From: a candidate division WOR-3 bacterium
Lineage (GTDB): Bacteria > Hydrothermota > Tepidihabitantia > B3-TA06
DNA: 64,000 nt
NCBI GenBank assembly: GCA_965649265.1
Contig: CBFGKC010000006.1
Location: 32,001 to 96,000 of the forward strand
Direction: 5' to 3'
The notes under the pieces were generated by a model. The model was given only the letters and a program-made list of their open reading frames with translations. It was not told the DNA's origin and made no database searches. The position numbers and the translations under genes were made by a program. Positions 41,457 to 51,335 of this stretch are shown here, one piece after another; positions within the stretch are counted from its first letter, which is position 1, and every line of letters starts with the position of its first letter.

Positions 41457-42401
41457 TTGGGCATCTTTGAGAGTATAAAGCGCACCGCGCTGCTATTACT
41501 GGTGAGTGCGGTGGCTACTTCTGCATGGGCTTCTCAGGGATATGCTTCCTTAAAAATAACTTCTGGAGCTCGCGAATCGGCGATGGGTGAGAGCGGCGTT
41601 GCCGGGGCTGTATCGGCGACGTCAATCAGATGGAATCCCGCTCTTCTTGCCGGAGGCAGCACATTAGAGGCGGCAGCCCATTACACAAGCTGGCTTGTCG
41701 GAACTTCGCAAGGCGGGCTCTTCGTTAAGCGCAGGCTTGGGCCCGCGGCCATCGGCGTGGGAGTCTTGTACTTCTCAGGAGGGGAGATAGAGCTGCGTGA
41801 CAGCGTCCCTTCCGAGAATCCCCTTTCCACCTACTCCTTTTCCGATCTCTCCCTCGCATTCGGCGGAGCGGTTGAACTCGTCAAAGGTACAAAAGTAGGG
41901 CTGGTCGCCAGATATTTTTCCGAGCGCCTTTGGAATTACTCGGGTTCAAGCTGGGGGCTGGATGCGGGGTTGAGTTTTGAACCCCTTAAAGGGCTGAACT
42001 TCGGATTTTCGATTGTAGATCTCGGATTCGACACACGCCTCAAAGGACAGGTTTTCAAGCCGCCGATGACGATGCGCGTAGGTGGTTCTTTTACGCATGG
42101 CTGGAACAAGAATTTCGCGACAAGTCTTAATCTCGATGTTCTTTACAGGCCTTATGACCAGGAGCCTGGAATACGAACCGGTCTTGAGGTAAAGCTTTTT
42201 GATCTCCTGGCTCTCCGGGCGGGCGTCAAGATGTTGTACCTTGACGGTGATAAACTTGAGATTCTTCCTCCGACCGAATTTCTGACTTTCGGCATAGGCG
42301 TTGTTCATAAGGGTATTTCTGTGGATTACGCTCTTGTGCCTTACGAGCGGATGGATTTGGGTCTCACTCACCGTATAAGTCTTAACTTTGCTTTCGATTG
42401 A
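41457..42401 (+). CDS. PorV/PorQ-family outer-membrane protein
   Basis: LKITSGARESAMGE, WNPALLA, DAGL, ALRAG, VDYALVP, THRISLNFAF pattern; start uncertain (ORF track starts at 41379). Confidence 0.8.
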   Translation: MGIFESIKRTALLLLVSAVATSAWASQGYASLKITSGARESAMGESGVAGAVSATSIRWNPALLAGGSTLEAAAHYTSWLVGTSQGGLFVKRRLGPAAIGVGVLYFSGGEIELRDSVPSENPLSTYSFSDLSLAFGGAVELVKGTKVGLVARYFSERLWNYSGSSWGLDAGLSFEPLKGLNFGFSIVDLGFDTRLKGQVFKPPMTMRVGGSFTHGWNKNFATSLNLDVLYRPYDQEPGIRTGLEVKLFDLLALRAGVKMLYLDGDKLEILPPTEFLTFGIGVVHKGISVDYALVPYERMDLGLTHRISLNFAFD

Positions 42402-43348
42402 TGGCTGAAATTCTTCTGGATTTCGAGAAACCTATCGCCGAACTCGAAAAGAGAATAGAAGCCCTAAGCGGGCTTTCAGGTGTCGATGAAGAGATATCCA
42501 GGCTTCAGAAGCAGGTTGAAAGACTCAGGGAAAAGGTGTATTCAAAGCTGTCCCGATGGCAAATAGTCCAGCTTGCACGCCATCCCCGCAGGCCTTATAC
42601 ACTTGATCTTGCCCCGTACATGTTCTCGGATTTCGTTGAACTCCACGGGGACAGGTTCTTTGCAGACGATGAGGCCATTGTGGCAGGTCTTGCCCGATTC
42701 AGGGGCCGCTCTGTAGTCGTGGTCGGCCATCAGAAAGGCCACGAGACTAAAGAAAAAATCAAGCGCAATTTCGGCATGGTCCACCCGGAGGGGTGTCGCA
42801 AGGCGTTGCGTGTGTATAAGCTTGCCGAAAGGTTCGGCATGCCTGTGATAAACTTCGTCGACATCATGGGAGCCTATCCGGGTGTAGGTGCCGAGGAGCG
42901 CGGTATCTCCGAGGCTATCGCCCGGAATCTTGAGGAACTTGCAGTACTGAGAGTTCCGATAATAGTTGTTATTACGGGCGAGGGCGGGTCGGGCGGTGCT
43001 TTAGCAATTGCTGTCGGCGACCGGTTATACATGATGGAATATTCGTACTATTCGGTAATAACACCGGAGGGCTGTGCCTCGATTCTCTGGCGCGACAGTT
43101 CCAAGGCACCACAGGCTGCGGAGGCCCTTCAGTTCACGAGTCGTGACAATCTCGCTCATGGTATCATTGACGGTGTCATTGAGGAACCACCGGGCGGCGC
43201 GCACAGAGACTGGGCAAAAGCGGCAAGACTTATCAGCGATCAGATAGAAAAGGGTTTGAAGGAGCTCGAGTCGCTTTCAGCAGAAGAGCTTATTGCGAAG
43301 CGCATCGGCAAGCTCCGTTCGATTGGCAAGTATAAGGTCTCCTCTTGA
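42401..43348 (+). CDS. accA: Acetyl-CoA carboxylase carboxyltransferase alpha subunit
   Basis: LDFEKPIAEL, LARHPRRPY, ELHGDR, GAYPGVGAEERG, GEGGSGGALA, YSVITPEGCASILW. Confidence 0.97.
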   Translation: MAEILLDFEKPIAELEKRIEALSGLSGVDEEISRLQKQVERLREKVYSKLSRWQIVQLARHPRRPYTLDLAPYMFSDFVELHGDRFFADDEAIVAGLARFRGRSVVVVGHQKGHETKEKIKRNFGMVHPEGCRKALRVYKLAERFGMPVINFVDIMGAYPGVGAEERGISEAIARNLEELAVLRVPIIVVITGEGGSGGALAIAVGDRLYMMEYSYYSVITPEGCASILWRDSSKAPQAAEALQFTSRDNLAHGIIDGVIEEPPGGAHRDWAKAARLISDQIEKGLKELESLSAEELIAKRIGKLRSIGKYKVSS

Positions 43349-43381
43349 TTCTTAGGCAGAGAGGTATTCTAAGGAGATATC

Positions 43382-43924
43382 ATGAGGCTAGATGGAACAC
43401 TGAATGATTATCCGCTGTCCGATATCTTTCAGCTGATTTTTCTGGGAAAGAGGTCCGGAACGCTGCACATATACTCGGGTGGAGATGAGGGGAAAATAGT
43501 AATCGCAGACAACCTGCTGAGATTTGCAAACACCAAGAAAATAAAGGGTCTGCAGGCGGTAAGGGATATCCTCGGCTGGTCGACGGGCAAGTTCGTTTTT
43601 GATACCGAAGAAATGAACGATCTCGAGGAGGGAACGAGGATTGACCTTCCGATTCAACAATTCATACTGGCGCTTTCAACCGAGAAGGACGAATGCGAGG
43701 ATCTCAGGACCAAGGTGGGGGGCCCCTCCAAGAGGCTTTTTCTTGTTTCGGTCGCACCCGGCAACAAGCCCATAACCCTTTCGGCGATGGAATGGCAAGT
43801 CGTCACCCATCTGGGTGATTCGCCAACAGTCAAGGATCTTGAAGCGAGGCTGGCGCTTCCGGAGCGCGATCTTTTGCGTGTAGTGGTCGAACTCTGCGGC
43901 CGCGGACTTCTGACCATAGAGTAG
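43382..43924 (+). CDS. DUF4388 (PATAN-like) domain protein
   Basis: MRLDGTLNDYPLSDIFQLI..GKRSGTL, WSTGKFVF. Confidence 0.75.
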   Translation: MRLDGTLNDYPLSDIFQLIFLGKRSGTLHIYSGGDEGKIVIADNLLRFANTKKIKGLQAVRDILGWSTGKFVFDTEEMNDLEEGTRIDLPIQQFILALSTEKDECEDLRTKVGGPSKRLFLVSVAPGNKPITLSAMEWQVVTHLGDSPTVKDLEARLALPERDLLRVVVELCGRGLLTIE

Positions 43925-43930
43925 TCCGAA

Positions 43931-43964
43931 CAAAAAAAGAGGCCAACCGTCGCGGTTGACCTCT
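43931..43964. terminator. Terminator between convergent genes
   Basis: A-run then AGAGGCCAACCG-tcg-CGGTTGACCTCT. Confidence 0.65.
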
Positions 43965-44000
43965 AGAGGTTCATGCGTAAATGCAATAATGTCCGGTTTG

Positions 44001-44747
44001 TTACTTCCTCTCCAGATACTTGACAGTGAACACTTCAGCAGGGAATGAGGAGCCTATTTCCACGTCACTCAGCACGAACTCTGTCCAGGTGTCCTTTCTC
44101 AGCTTGTTTTCCATTTTTACGTGTGTCGGGTAGTACTGGGTACCGATTTTTCTGGATTCCAGGACATCGATTGTCTTCAGAAGAGTAACGCTCTTGGAGT
44201 AGTACTCGGCCTTGAGGTAGCTGTAATCATTTTTCGAGACCCATATCCTGCGCATGAAGTAACTGCCTTCCTTGTCAGGCTTCAGGGTGAGCTTGAGGAT
44301 GTAGCACTTTACTCCCCTTATGGCTTCTTCGCCGTCCAGGGTAACGTAGTAGTCTTCCGCAAGCTTCTCGTTCTCCACCGCGTCGCCGTAAGAAAAGTCC
44401 GAACCCATGAATGAGCCTTTTGCGGCCGTTCCCGAAAACCTGGTTGCTTTTCCCACCGACGGCAGGTACATCCACAGGGTATCCTTTATCTTCAAGAACC
44501 GTTTGCCGGAATCCTCCTTGGGTGAGATGAACTCCATGTATGCCTTGTCCCGGCCCTGCACATAGCCTTTGAATTCCTTCTTGATGAGTTTTCCGGAGAT
44601 GCTTATCTGGAGTTGTGCCGTGTACCTTATCGAGGAAGTAAAGGTGTTGCGGTCGAGCTTTGAGAGTATCTCTTCAGGTGTTGCGGCTTCGAGTGTACCT
44701 ATCGCCAAAAACATCAGTGCAAAAATTGGATAAAGAATCCTTTTCAT
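44001..44747 (-). CDS. Outer-membrane lipoprotein-sorting protein (LolA-like)
   Basis: Signal peptide; LWMYLPS, SFMGSDFSYGD; start placed at ATG 44747. Confidence 0.85.
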   Translation of the reverse strand: MKRILYPIFALMFLAIGTLEAATPEEILSKLDRNTFTSSIRYTAQLQISISGKLIKKEFKGYVQGRDKAYMEFISPKEDSGKRFLKIKDTLWMYLPSVGKATRFSGTAAKGSFMGSDFSYGDAVENEKLAEDYYVTLDGEEAIRGVKCYILKLTLKPDKEGSYFMRRIWVSKNDYSYLKAEYYSKSVTLLKTIDVLESRKIGTQYYPTHVKMENKLRKDTWTEFVLSDVEIGSSFPAEVFTVKYLERK

Positions 44748-44757
44748 GTTTCTCCTT

Positions 44758-45984
44758 TCATATCCTGCGCAGCGCGGAGGCAGGCTCAACCTTGGTCCCC
44801 TGGCGGGCGGGATAAAGCGCAGTCAAAGTGGCGACGAACCAGCCGAACAGGAAACAGCCGACAACGGCCGCGGCAGATAGATCGAGCCGGATTATCGGGT
44901 CGAAGTATATTGTTCCAAGGTCCTGTCCTGCCAGCGATGAAAAGTTCACCACCGGCGCGGCAAGGGCGAGGAGTAATCCGAACACGGTGCCGACTACGGC
45001 GCCGAAAAATCCTATCATCGACGCCTCGACGGTCAGGAGCCAGAGAATGCTCGAAGAGCGCATGCCCATTGCCTTGAGGATCCCTATCTCCTTGATGCGT
45101 TCGAATACCGCCATGAGCATCGTGTTAATTATCGTAGCCGATGCGATAAGGAGGATGACGAAGTAGATTACCCAGAAGACCTTGAAGACCATGCTCATCA
45201 TTCCCAGAAAGTCGTCGTTTTTCCACGGTATGAAATCGAGCCCGAGCGTTTCGCCCGCATCTTTCTGCCATTTGGCGGCCACCCTGTCGGCGTTTTCCCT
45301 GGAATCGAGAAGGACCAGCGCCTCGGCGGCCCTGCCCTGAAGACCCAGGAGCTCCTGTGCGGCGGCAAGCGGAACGTAGAAGACCTTTTCGTCGAGATTG
45401 GGTTGACCGAGTTCTATTATTCCCTTGACGGTGAGGTTTATTCCTGAAGGCGAGCCGTAAGCGTCGGACGTAATCACGACAAGGGAATCGCCGACCTTGA
45501 ATCCCAGATCCTCGGCAAGGCCCTTGCCTATGAGTATCCCCTTATCGTTTGGCGCGAGATAGGAGCCTTCCTTCAGATATTTCCCGGTTGATAAATCAAG
45601 AAATCCCTTCTCGCGCTCGACGTCGATGGCGTTACCGAACGCGGGTTTGGAGATATTGCCGTTAGAAAGCAGAACCCCGAACGGGATGCGATATGTAAAG
45701 GCCCTGACCTGGGGGGTATTTTCGATCATCCGCTCAAGCTCCGGCGTTATGTAGAGGGCCTCCCCCAGGGGGTAGAGGCTTTTACGACGCTCGAACTCGT
45801 GGGTTACGATCCGTATGTGACCGGTTTTTATGCGGGCGGTGTTTTCTATCATGTTCCCTATCATTCCAGAGATGAAACCCTGGGAGTAGATAAGGAGCGC
45901 CACTGCTATGATTATTCCGAGCGCGGTCAGGATGGAGCGGCGCTTGTTGCGCATTACGTTGCGAAGAGCCAAGTTGAAAAGCAT
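44758..45984 (-). CDS. ABC transporter permease (LolC/E, FtsX/MacB family)
   Basis: LALRNVMRNKRRSILT, ERIKEIGILKAMG, YPARQ. Confidence 0.9.
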   Translation of the reverse strand: MLFNLALRNVMRNKRRSILTALGIIIAVALLIYSQGFISGMIGNMIENTARIKTGHIRIVTHEFERRKSLYPLGEALYITPELERMIENTPQVRAFTYRIPFGVLLSNGNISKPAFGNAIDVEREKGFLDLSTGKYLKEGSYLAPNDKGILIGKGLAEDLGFKVGDSLVVITSDAYGSPSGINLTVKGIIELGQPNLDEKVFYVPLAAAQELLGLQGRAAEALVLLDSRENADRVAAKWQKDAGETLGLDFIPWKNDDFLGMMSMVFKVFWVIYFVILLIASATIINTMLMAVFERIKEIGILKAMGMRSSSILWLLTVEASMIGFFGAVVGTVFGLLLALAAPVVNFSSLAGQDLGTIYFDPIIRLDLSAAAVVGCFLFGWFVATLTALYPARQGTKVEPASALRRI

Positions 45985-45993
45985 TCTTTCCTC

Positions 45994-47232
45994 CTAGACG
46001 TGGCGTAGCGCTTCTGAAGGTTCTATCTTCGTCGCCTTGCGCGTAGGTATCAGGGTTATGAGAGTCGAGATCGCCCAGCCCAGAAAGAACGTGAAAGCCA
46101 TGTAGTCGAAGTTGTACTCGCCTCTGAAACGCAAATCCATGGGCATGGGCATCTTGAAGTCACCCATCATGGAGGTCAGGTCTATGCCTACCTCGGTCAT
46201 GTATGTGACCACTGCCAGACCCATCAATACGCCGAACAGCCCGCCGAGAAAGCCTATAAAAGAGCCTTCCATGAGCATCATCCATCTTATATTACCTTTA
46301 GTGAAACCCATCGCTCTCATCGTTCCAAGCTCCGGTATGCGTTCGTATATCGACAAAAGCATGGTGTTCACGATTCCCACGAGCGCGATGACGATTACGA
46401 TGAGCGCGATCAGATATCCTATCGATTGCTTCTGGCCTGCAATCTCGAATAGCCCGGAGTTAAGATCGTACCAGGTATAGGTCTCGAAAGAATCGCCGTA
46501 GTCCTTGCGAATCTTTGCACCCAGGCCGTTGAGCCTGTCTGTGTCCCTTGGTTTTCCTTTCACGTGCAGGTCTATTTCCGATGCCGCACCGGGCGCTTCG
46601 AGAATCTCCTGGGCTTCCGCGAGCGAGATGAAGAGGGCATTTGAATTGATCATGGGGTTGGATGTGTTGAGAATCCCTGAAATTTCATACTCCCGGACGT
46701 CGGTGACGCCCCGCCTGGACCTCGTTTGAACGAGAAGCAAGTCGCCGACCTTCACGTTCAGTTCCTTGGCGAGTCCTGAGCCGACGATAAGGTCGCCCTT
46801 TTCTTTCAGGAACCGGCCCGCGGATATGTACTTTTTTAGTTTGAACACTTGCTGGTCCTTTACAGGATCAATCCCGACGCCGAAGGCGAAAAGCTCGGCC
46901 TGGGGACCGATGACCATCGAGCTGAAGCGAAGCCTGGGTGTCGCCGAGGATACATCGGGATTTTCCTTGACGAGCTTCTGGCTTAACGCCGACGCACCCT
47001 CAATCAGAGAGTCGAGAGGGAAAAGGAAGCGGTTCTCGAAGAACCCCCGGGGGTATACGACGAGTTCGGAGTTGTCGGTTTCGAGTATATTGCGTATGCT
47101 CTGATTCTCTATTCCTGCGAACATGGAGTCGATAAGTATCATGAACGTGAGCCCGATGGATATCGCAAAAGCCGTGATCAGCGTCCGGCGAGTATGGCGG
47201 AAGACATTTCTTACAGCCAACTTGAACAACAT
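45994..47232 (-). CDS. ABC transporter permease (LolC/E, FtsX/MacB family)
   Basis: LAVRNVFRHTRRTLIT, ERIPELGTMRAMG, IEPSEALR. Confidence 0.9.
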   Translation of the reverse strand: MLFKLAVRNVFRHTRRTLITAFAISIGLTFMILIDSMFAGIENQSIRNILETDNSELVVYPRGFFENRFLFPLDSLIEGASALSQKLVKENPDVSSATPRLRFSSMVIGPQAELFAFGVGIDPVKDQQVFKLKKYISAGRFLKEKGDLIVGSGLAKELNVKVGDLLLVQTRSRRGVTDVREYEISGILNTSNPMINSNALFISLAEAQEILEAPGAASEIDLHVKGKPRDTDRLNGLGAKIRKDYGDSFETYTWYDLNSGLFEIAGQKQSIGYLIALIVIVIALVGIVNTMLLSIYERIPELGTMRAMGFTKGNIRWMMLMEGSFIGFLGGLFGVLMGLAVVTYMTEVGIDLTSMMGDFKMPMPMDLRFRGEYNFDYMAFTFFLGWAISTLITLIPTRKATKIEPSEALRHV

Positions 47233-47291
47233 GATTTACGCCCTCCTCTTGAAATCCGAGGCCGTTCTATATTGCGTTTTCAACTGCATGA

Positions 47292-47981
47292 TTACTTCCT
47301 TTTTCTCGTGTCTGAAGTCACGAGACCGTCCTTGAGGAGAACGAGCCTGTCCGCGAAATCCATAACCATCCTGTCGTGGGTGGAGAATATGAACGTCGAG
47401 TGCTTTTCCCTGTTCAGTTTTTTCATGAGGTCGAGTATCTCCTGGCCGGTGGTGGAATCGAGATTCGCGGTCGGTTCATCGGCAAGCACGAGCTTCGGTT
47501 CTTTTACGAGAGCCCTGGCAATGGCCACACGCTGCTGCTGGCCGCCCGACATCTCGGTGGGTCGTCGGTGTATGTAGTCCCTTAATCCGACTTCTATGAG
47601 GATACCTTCCACTACTTCCTTGCGCTTTGCCTTTTCCCAGTGAAGAAGAATCAAGGGTATCTCGACGTTCTCGAACGCCGTCAGCACAGGTATCAGGTTG
47701 AAGGACTGGAAGATGAAGCCTATGGAGTCCTTGCGCAGGATCGCCCGGCTTTTCTTGTTCAATGAAAGCAGGTCGGAGCCGTTCAATGAAACGTTACCCG
47801 ATGTGGGTACGTCAAGGCATCCGATGATGTTCAAAAGGGTGGTTTTGCCGGAGCCCGACGGGCCGGCAATGGACATGAACTCACCCTCGGTTATCTCAAG
47901 ATCGATACCGCGCAGGGCGTGAGTGACCACCCTTCCTGTCTTGTAGTCTTTCACGAGATTTTTGACGCTCAAAAGAGCCAT
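47292..47981 (-). CDS. ABC transporter ATP-binding protein (LolD-like)
   Basis: GPSGSGKTT, MSGGQQQRVAIARAL, LADEPTANLD. Confidence 0.93.
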   Translation of the reverse strand: MALLSVKNLVKDYKTGRVVTHALRGIDLEITEGEFMSIAGPSGSGKTTLLNIIGCLDVPTSGNVSLNGSDLLSLNKKSRAILRKDSIGFIFQSFNLIPVLTAFENVEIPLILLHWEKAKRKEVVEGILIEVGLRDYIHRRPTEMSGGQQQRVAIARALVKEPKLVLADEPTANLDSTTGQEILDLMKKLNREKHSTFIFSTHDRMVMDFADRLVLLKDGLVTSDTRKRK

Positions 47982-48012
47982 GTGTTCTCCTTTTTTCTCA
48001 TGTCGAATCGGG

Positions 48013-49002
48013 TTACTTTCTTTCGAGCCCTTTCATAATAAGATCTACGAACTCCTCGATTTCTTCGTCGGACATGGGCTCGCGGTTCTTGATGAATTGC
48101 GTGATGAACTTCGATCCGTGAACGAACGAGAGGCTTATGAGATATAATACACCTATCTTCGGATTGATGGGTTTTATCTCGCCCTTTTTGGCCGCCACGG
48201 AGATCATGTCCTCCAGGTACTTCAGGCCGGTTTGCATTGCGTTTGCCAGCGATGGAGTCAATCCCGGGGAAGTTATCCCGCTCGAGATCATTTCCTTGAT
48301 GAATAGCTCTATGGAGGCGTTTTTCTGTCCGGCCATGCGCATTTTGGCTTTCCCTAGCGCAATGAACCGGTCGCGGAAGGAAGCCTCTGGATCGTCGAGC
48401 TTCGTAAGAATCTCCATCAAATCGGAAACCGTATCGTTCAGTACTGCCTGGTAAAGTCCCTCCTTGTCCTTGAAGTAATAGTAAATGTTGGGCAGCGTCA
48501 CGCCGGCCTTGTCGGCGATATCCCTTATCGACGCACCTTCGTAGCCCTTTGCAGAGAAGCACTCAAGCGCGGCATTCAATATCTTTTTCCTCACCTCGCC
48601 CTTCACTCGCCTCGTTTTTTCAAGTTCCTCCCTGGCGTTTGTGATAGTGGCAATAACGTCAACCGAATCCACATCCTCCTCGAATAAGTTCTCTCTCGGA
48701 TCGGTGACCCAGTAGCGCGAACCGTCGCGGGGTCTTGAGATGAAACCTTCGTCTACCAGTTCCCTCCTTAGTGTAACGTGGTCGAGCCTTTTTGACGCGT
48801 TTGCTTTTTCAAGCCATTCCCTGATCAGATCGTTGATCTCCGCTTCCTTGTATTCCCTCGATGAATTCAAAGAGAGCGAGAGTGCCTTAAGCAGCACCGC
48901 CTTGTCTCTGCGCCTCTTGGGTAGGCCTTCAAGACGTTTCCCGGCGAAAAGCTCGATTATCCTTTTTTCAAAATCATTCCTGGTTATTAACTTGTTCTGC
49001 AT
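48013..49002 (-). CDS. DUF2087-TetR fusion transcriptional regulator
   Basis: N-terminal LPKRRRDK...DHVTLRRELVDEGF...DGSRYW; C-terminal TetR HTH ILNAALECFSAKGYEGASIRDIADKAGV...IYYYFKDKEGL. Confidence 0.85.
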   Translation of the reverse strand: MQNKLITRNDFEKRIIELFAGKRLEGLPKRRRDKAVLLKALSLSLNSSREYKEAEINDLIREWLEKANASKRLDHVTLRRELVDEGFISRPRDGSRYWVTDPRENLFEEDVDSVDVIATITNAREELEKTRRVKGEVRKKILNAALECFSAKGYEGASIRDIADKAGVTLPNIYYYFKDKEGLYQAVLNDTVSDLMEILTKLDDPEASFRDRFIALGKAKMRMAGQKNASIELFIKEMISSGITSPGLTPSLANAMQTGLKYLEDMISVAAKKGEIKPINPKIGVLYLISLSFVHGSKFITQFIKNREPMSDEEIEEFVDLIMKGLERK

Positions 49003-49023
49003 TGATTCTCCAAATTCAACATC

Positions 49024-49089
49024 TTAACTAACGTTAAAATAATTATAGGAAAACAGAGTGCTTTGTCAAGTATTTTTAACTATCGATAA
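49024..49089 (-). promoter_or_regulatory. Promoter TTGACA-N16-TATAAT (49042-49069) flanked by two putative TetR operators
   Basis: TTAACTAACGTTAA at 49024 and TTAACTATCGATAA at 49076. Confidence 0.65.
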
Positions 49090-49226
49090 ATAAAATTGAC
49101 TATTTTGGGGTGTGTGATGCTTTCTTATCCTGCGTTAAGTAATCAGGAGTTCTGCGTTTGTTTTGTGTTTCTACTATGACTGATTTCTCACAATACCCCA
49201 GGTCTATGCGCCTCGCTCTTGAGGGA

Positions 49227-50288
49227 TTACGGGGAACGCCTTTCCCACAGCACGGTTCCCTTTGAATCCTCCTCGCGCGTTAACTTGCCCTCCGAATCGA
49301 ATACTTTCCTTGAATTCCAGGATTTTCCCGATACGTTCTCAGTGCCCGGCTCGTTGAACCTGTAAGTGTAATGGGGAGTATCTGTGCCGGGCCAGTACTC
49401 AATCTCGTCCACCGCCCAGATGGGTGAGGCCGCCTGCGGGCGGTCGGGCGAGGAGGGCGAGGAGGGCGAGGTTCGATAGAATACCTGCTTTCTTAACAGA
49501 CCAATCTCGTATATGTAGCGCCATTTGACAACGCCGACCTGGGTCATGAAAAGATATCCCCGCGAATTGACCGGGTAGAGGACGTCCACCATGTCATTGC
49601 CGAAAGCGTAGAACTCGCCTCCGTCAGGATAAGGTGCCGTGATCCATATATATTCGATTTTACCTTCTTTTCTCCATATTTTCACGAATCCTTTGACAGA
49701 ATCTCCGTCCGCAACCACTTTCAATCCCTTTGACCATTCCTCGGGGGCAGGTTTAGAGTAAAGGAGCGGCGGAAATGAATCGTAAGCGTAAGTGCCGATC
49801 GTGGAATTGAAGCCTGCCAGGTCGGGGAAATACTGGTAAAGCGTGTTCGCAATGAGATCGACGAAAGGAGCCTTTGACCGCGAAACGGAAATGAGTTCCC
49901 AGTAGTTGCCGTGAGAATCCCTGAATCCGGGAGGGGGGCCGTACCTTCTTTCAGGATTGAGTGTAAAGGTCATTTTCAGGTCGTGGTACTTTTTGAAGGA
50001 AAGCAGGAGGTCGTCGTAGAGCTGGACCGTTGCGTATACCGAAAGGCCGAATACGCTGTCCTCCAGCTCTCCGTGAATCACATCCTTGACCTTGCAGCTG
50101 AATACGTGACCCCAGCCGTGCGACATCTTGTAGTCGGCGTCGACCAGCACGACCAGTGTGGAATCGGTAACCGCTTCGCCGTCGTCATTGATATCTGTTG
50201 TCTTGCCTGCGGCCTTCATCGTGCGGCACCCTAATATCACAATAACGCTCAAAAACACCAAGAAACCACTCTTTGTTTTATTCATCAT
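49227..50288 (-). CDS. Hypothetical lipoprotein
   Basis: Lipobox VILGC after a hydrophobic stretch; GGAGG RBS. Confidence 0.7.
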   Translation of the reverse strand: MMNKTKSGFLVFLSVIVILGCRTMKAAGKTTDINDDGEAVTDSTLVVLVDADYKMSHGWGHVFSCKVKDVIHGELEDSVFGLSVYATVQLYDDLLLSFKKYHDLKMTFTLNPERRYGPPPGFRDSHGNYWELISVSRSKAPFVDLIANTLYQYFPDLAGFNSTIGTYAYDSFPPLLYSKPAPEEWSKGLKVVADGDSVKGFVKIWRKEGKIEYIWITAPYPDGGEFYAFGNDMVDVLYPVNSRGYLFMTQVGVVKWRYIYEIGLLRKQVFYRTSPSSPSSPDRPQAASPIWAVDEIEYWPGTDTPHYTYRFNEPGTENVSGKSWNSRKVFDSEGKLTREEDSKGTVLWERRSP

Positions 50289-50979
50289 TTCCTCCAGTTT
50301 GAAAACCGACCAGCTTCACGTTTACCTCAGACACCGTTCCGTGATGGATGTAGGAGTATCCGGTGATGCCGACGCCGGGAACGAAGTCGACTATCGTATG
50401 ATCGGGCAAGGTTACCAGGGCCAGACGATAACGAGTGAAGTGGGGCAGAGGCAACTCCCTTATCAACCAGGGATCGAGGCTGTCAACCTCGATAACCTGC
50501 CAGTGATAGCTGCCGTCCAATCCTCCAAAGGTCTTGTTAATGGAAAGCGGAAGATCAAGAAAAAGCTCGGATTTATCGAACAGCCCGTCAAGTGAATCAT
50601 TCTCATCCAGCAGTCTCTTCAGAATGTTGTCCACCCGCGAAGCGTTTACCAGATAGTACTTGTTTTCACCGGTCCTTGCAATCAGGTAATCCCCGGGCTG
50701 CCGGTTTTCGTCATACCAGGCCAGATCCCCGGGGTACCCCTTAACTCGCGCGGCCTTTATCCCGTCCCTTTCGAACGTTTTGACTATTTCCATCCTCCAA
50801 GTTATCGTATCTTCCGCTACATCCGGTGAGCCGGGGACGCTCCATTTTACCGGACCTTCGTAAACCCAGTACGTTCCCACGCTCATGGGAAAACCATCTT
50901 CCCTGCTTGAGCCTTTGGCTGAAGGAGCACAAAGAAAAACCAGAACCGGAACGATTACGGTCAAATGTGTTTTTTTCAA
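50278..50979 (-). CDS. Hypothetical exported protein
   Basis: TTG start at 50979 after GGAGG; FPMSVGTYWVY...FVPGVGI pattern. Confidence 0.65.
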   Translation of the reverse strand: MKKTHLTVIVPVLVFLCAPSAKGSSREDGFPMSVGTYWVYEGPVKWSVPGSPDVAEDTITWRMEIVKTFERDGIKAARVKGYPGDLAWYDENRQPGDYLIARTGENKYYLVNASRVDNILKRLLDENDSLDGLFDKSELFLDLPLSINKTFGGLDGSYHWQVIEVDSLDPWLIRELPLPHFTRYRLALVTLPDHTIVDFVPGVGITGYSYIHHGTVSEVNVKLVGFQTGGNDE

Positions 50980-51004
50980 CGCATTCCTCCAACAAAAATG
51001 TACG

Positions 51005-51325
51005 CTACCGTTTCCAGCCGTAAATCCTTCGTTCGGCAGTCTCGAGGAGCCTCTCTGGGGAGCCGTCTTCGGGCACGAACCAGAGTTCGAATCTCGCCGG
51101 ATACTCGTGCTTGCAATCATTGTCTTTCCACTGACTGAAAATGATCCGATTTTGTATGTCTGCCTGGTCGAAAGACCAGGTCGAACTGAGAGTCACGTCC
51201 GGTGCAGTGATTGACTTCTTTACTTTTCTAAAAAAACGGAGTTCCAACTGACAGTTCCGATCTCGCACGTCTGTGGGCAGGTAGATGTGTCCGGCTGGAT
51301 CGCAGGATTCCCATCGAGTTCTGGA
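51005..51325 (-). pseudogene. 3' remnant of a paralog of the 52002-53105 gene
   Basis: Ends EYPARFELWFVPEDGSPERLLETAERRIYGW, identical to the 52002 gene C-terminus; no signal peptide or clear RBS. Confidence 0.6.
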
Positions 51326-51335
51326 TCACGGTGCT

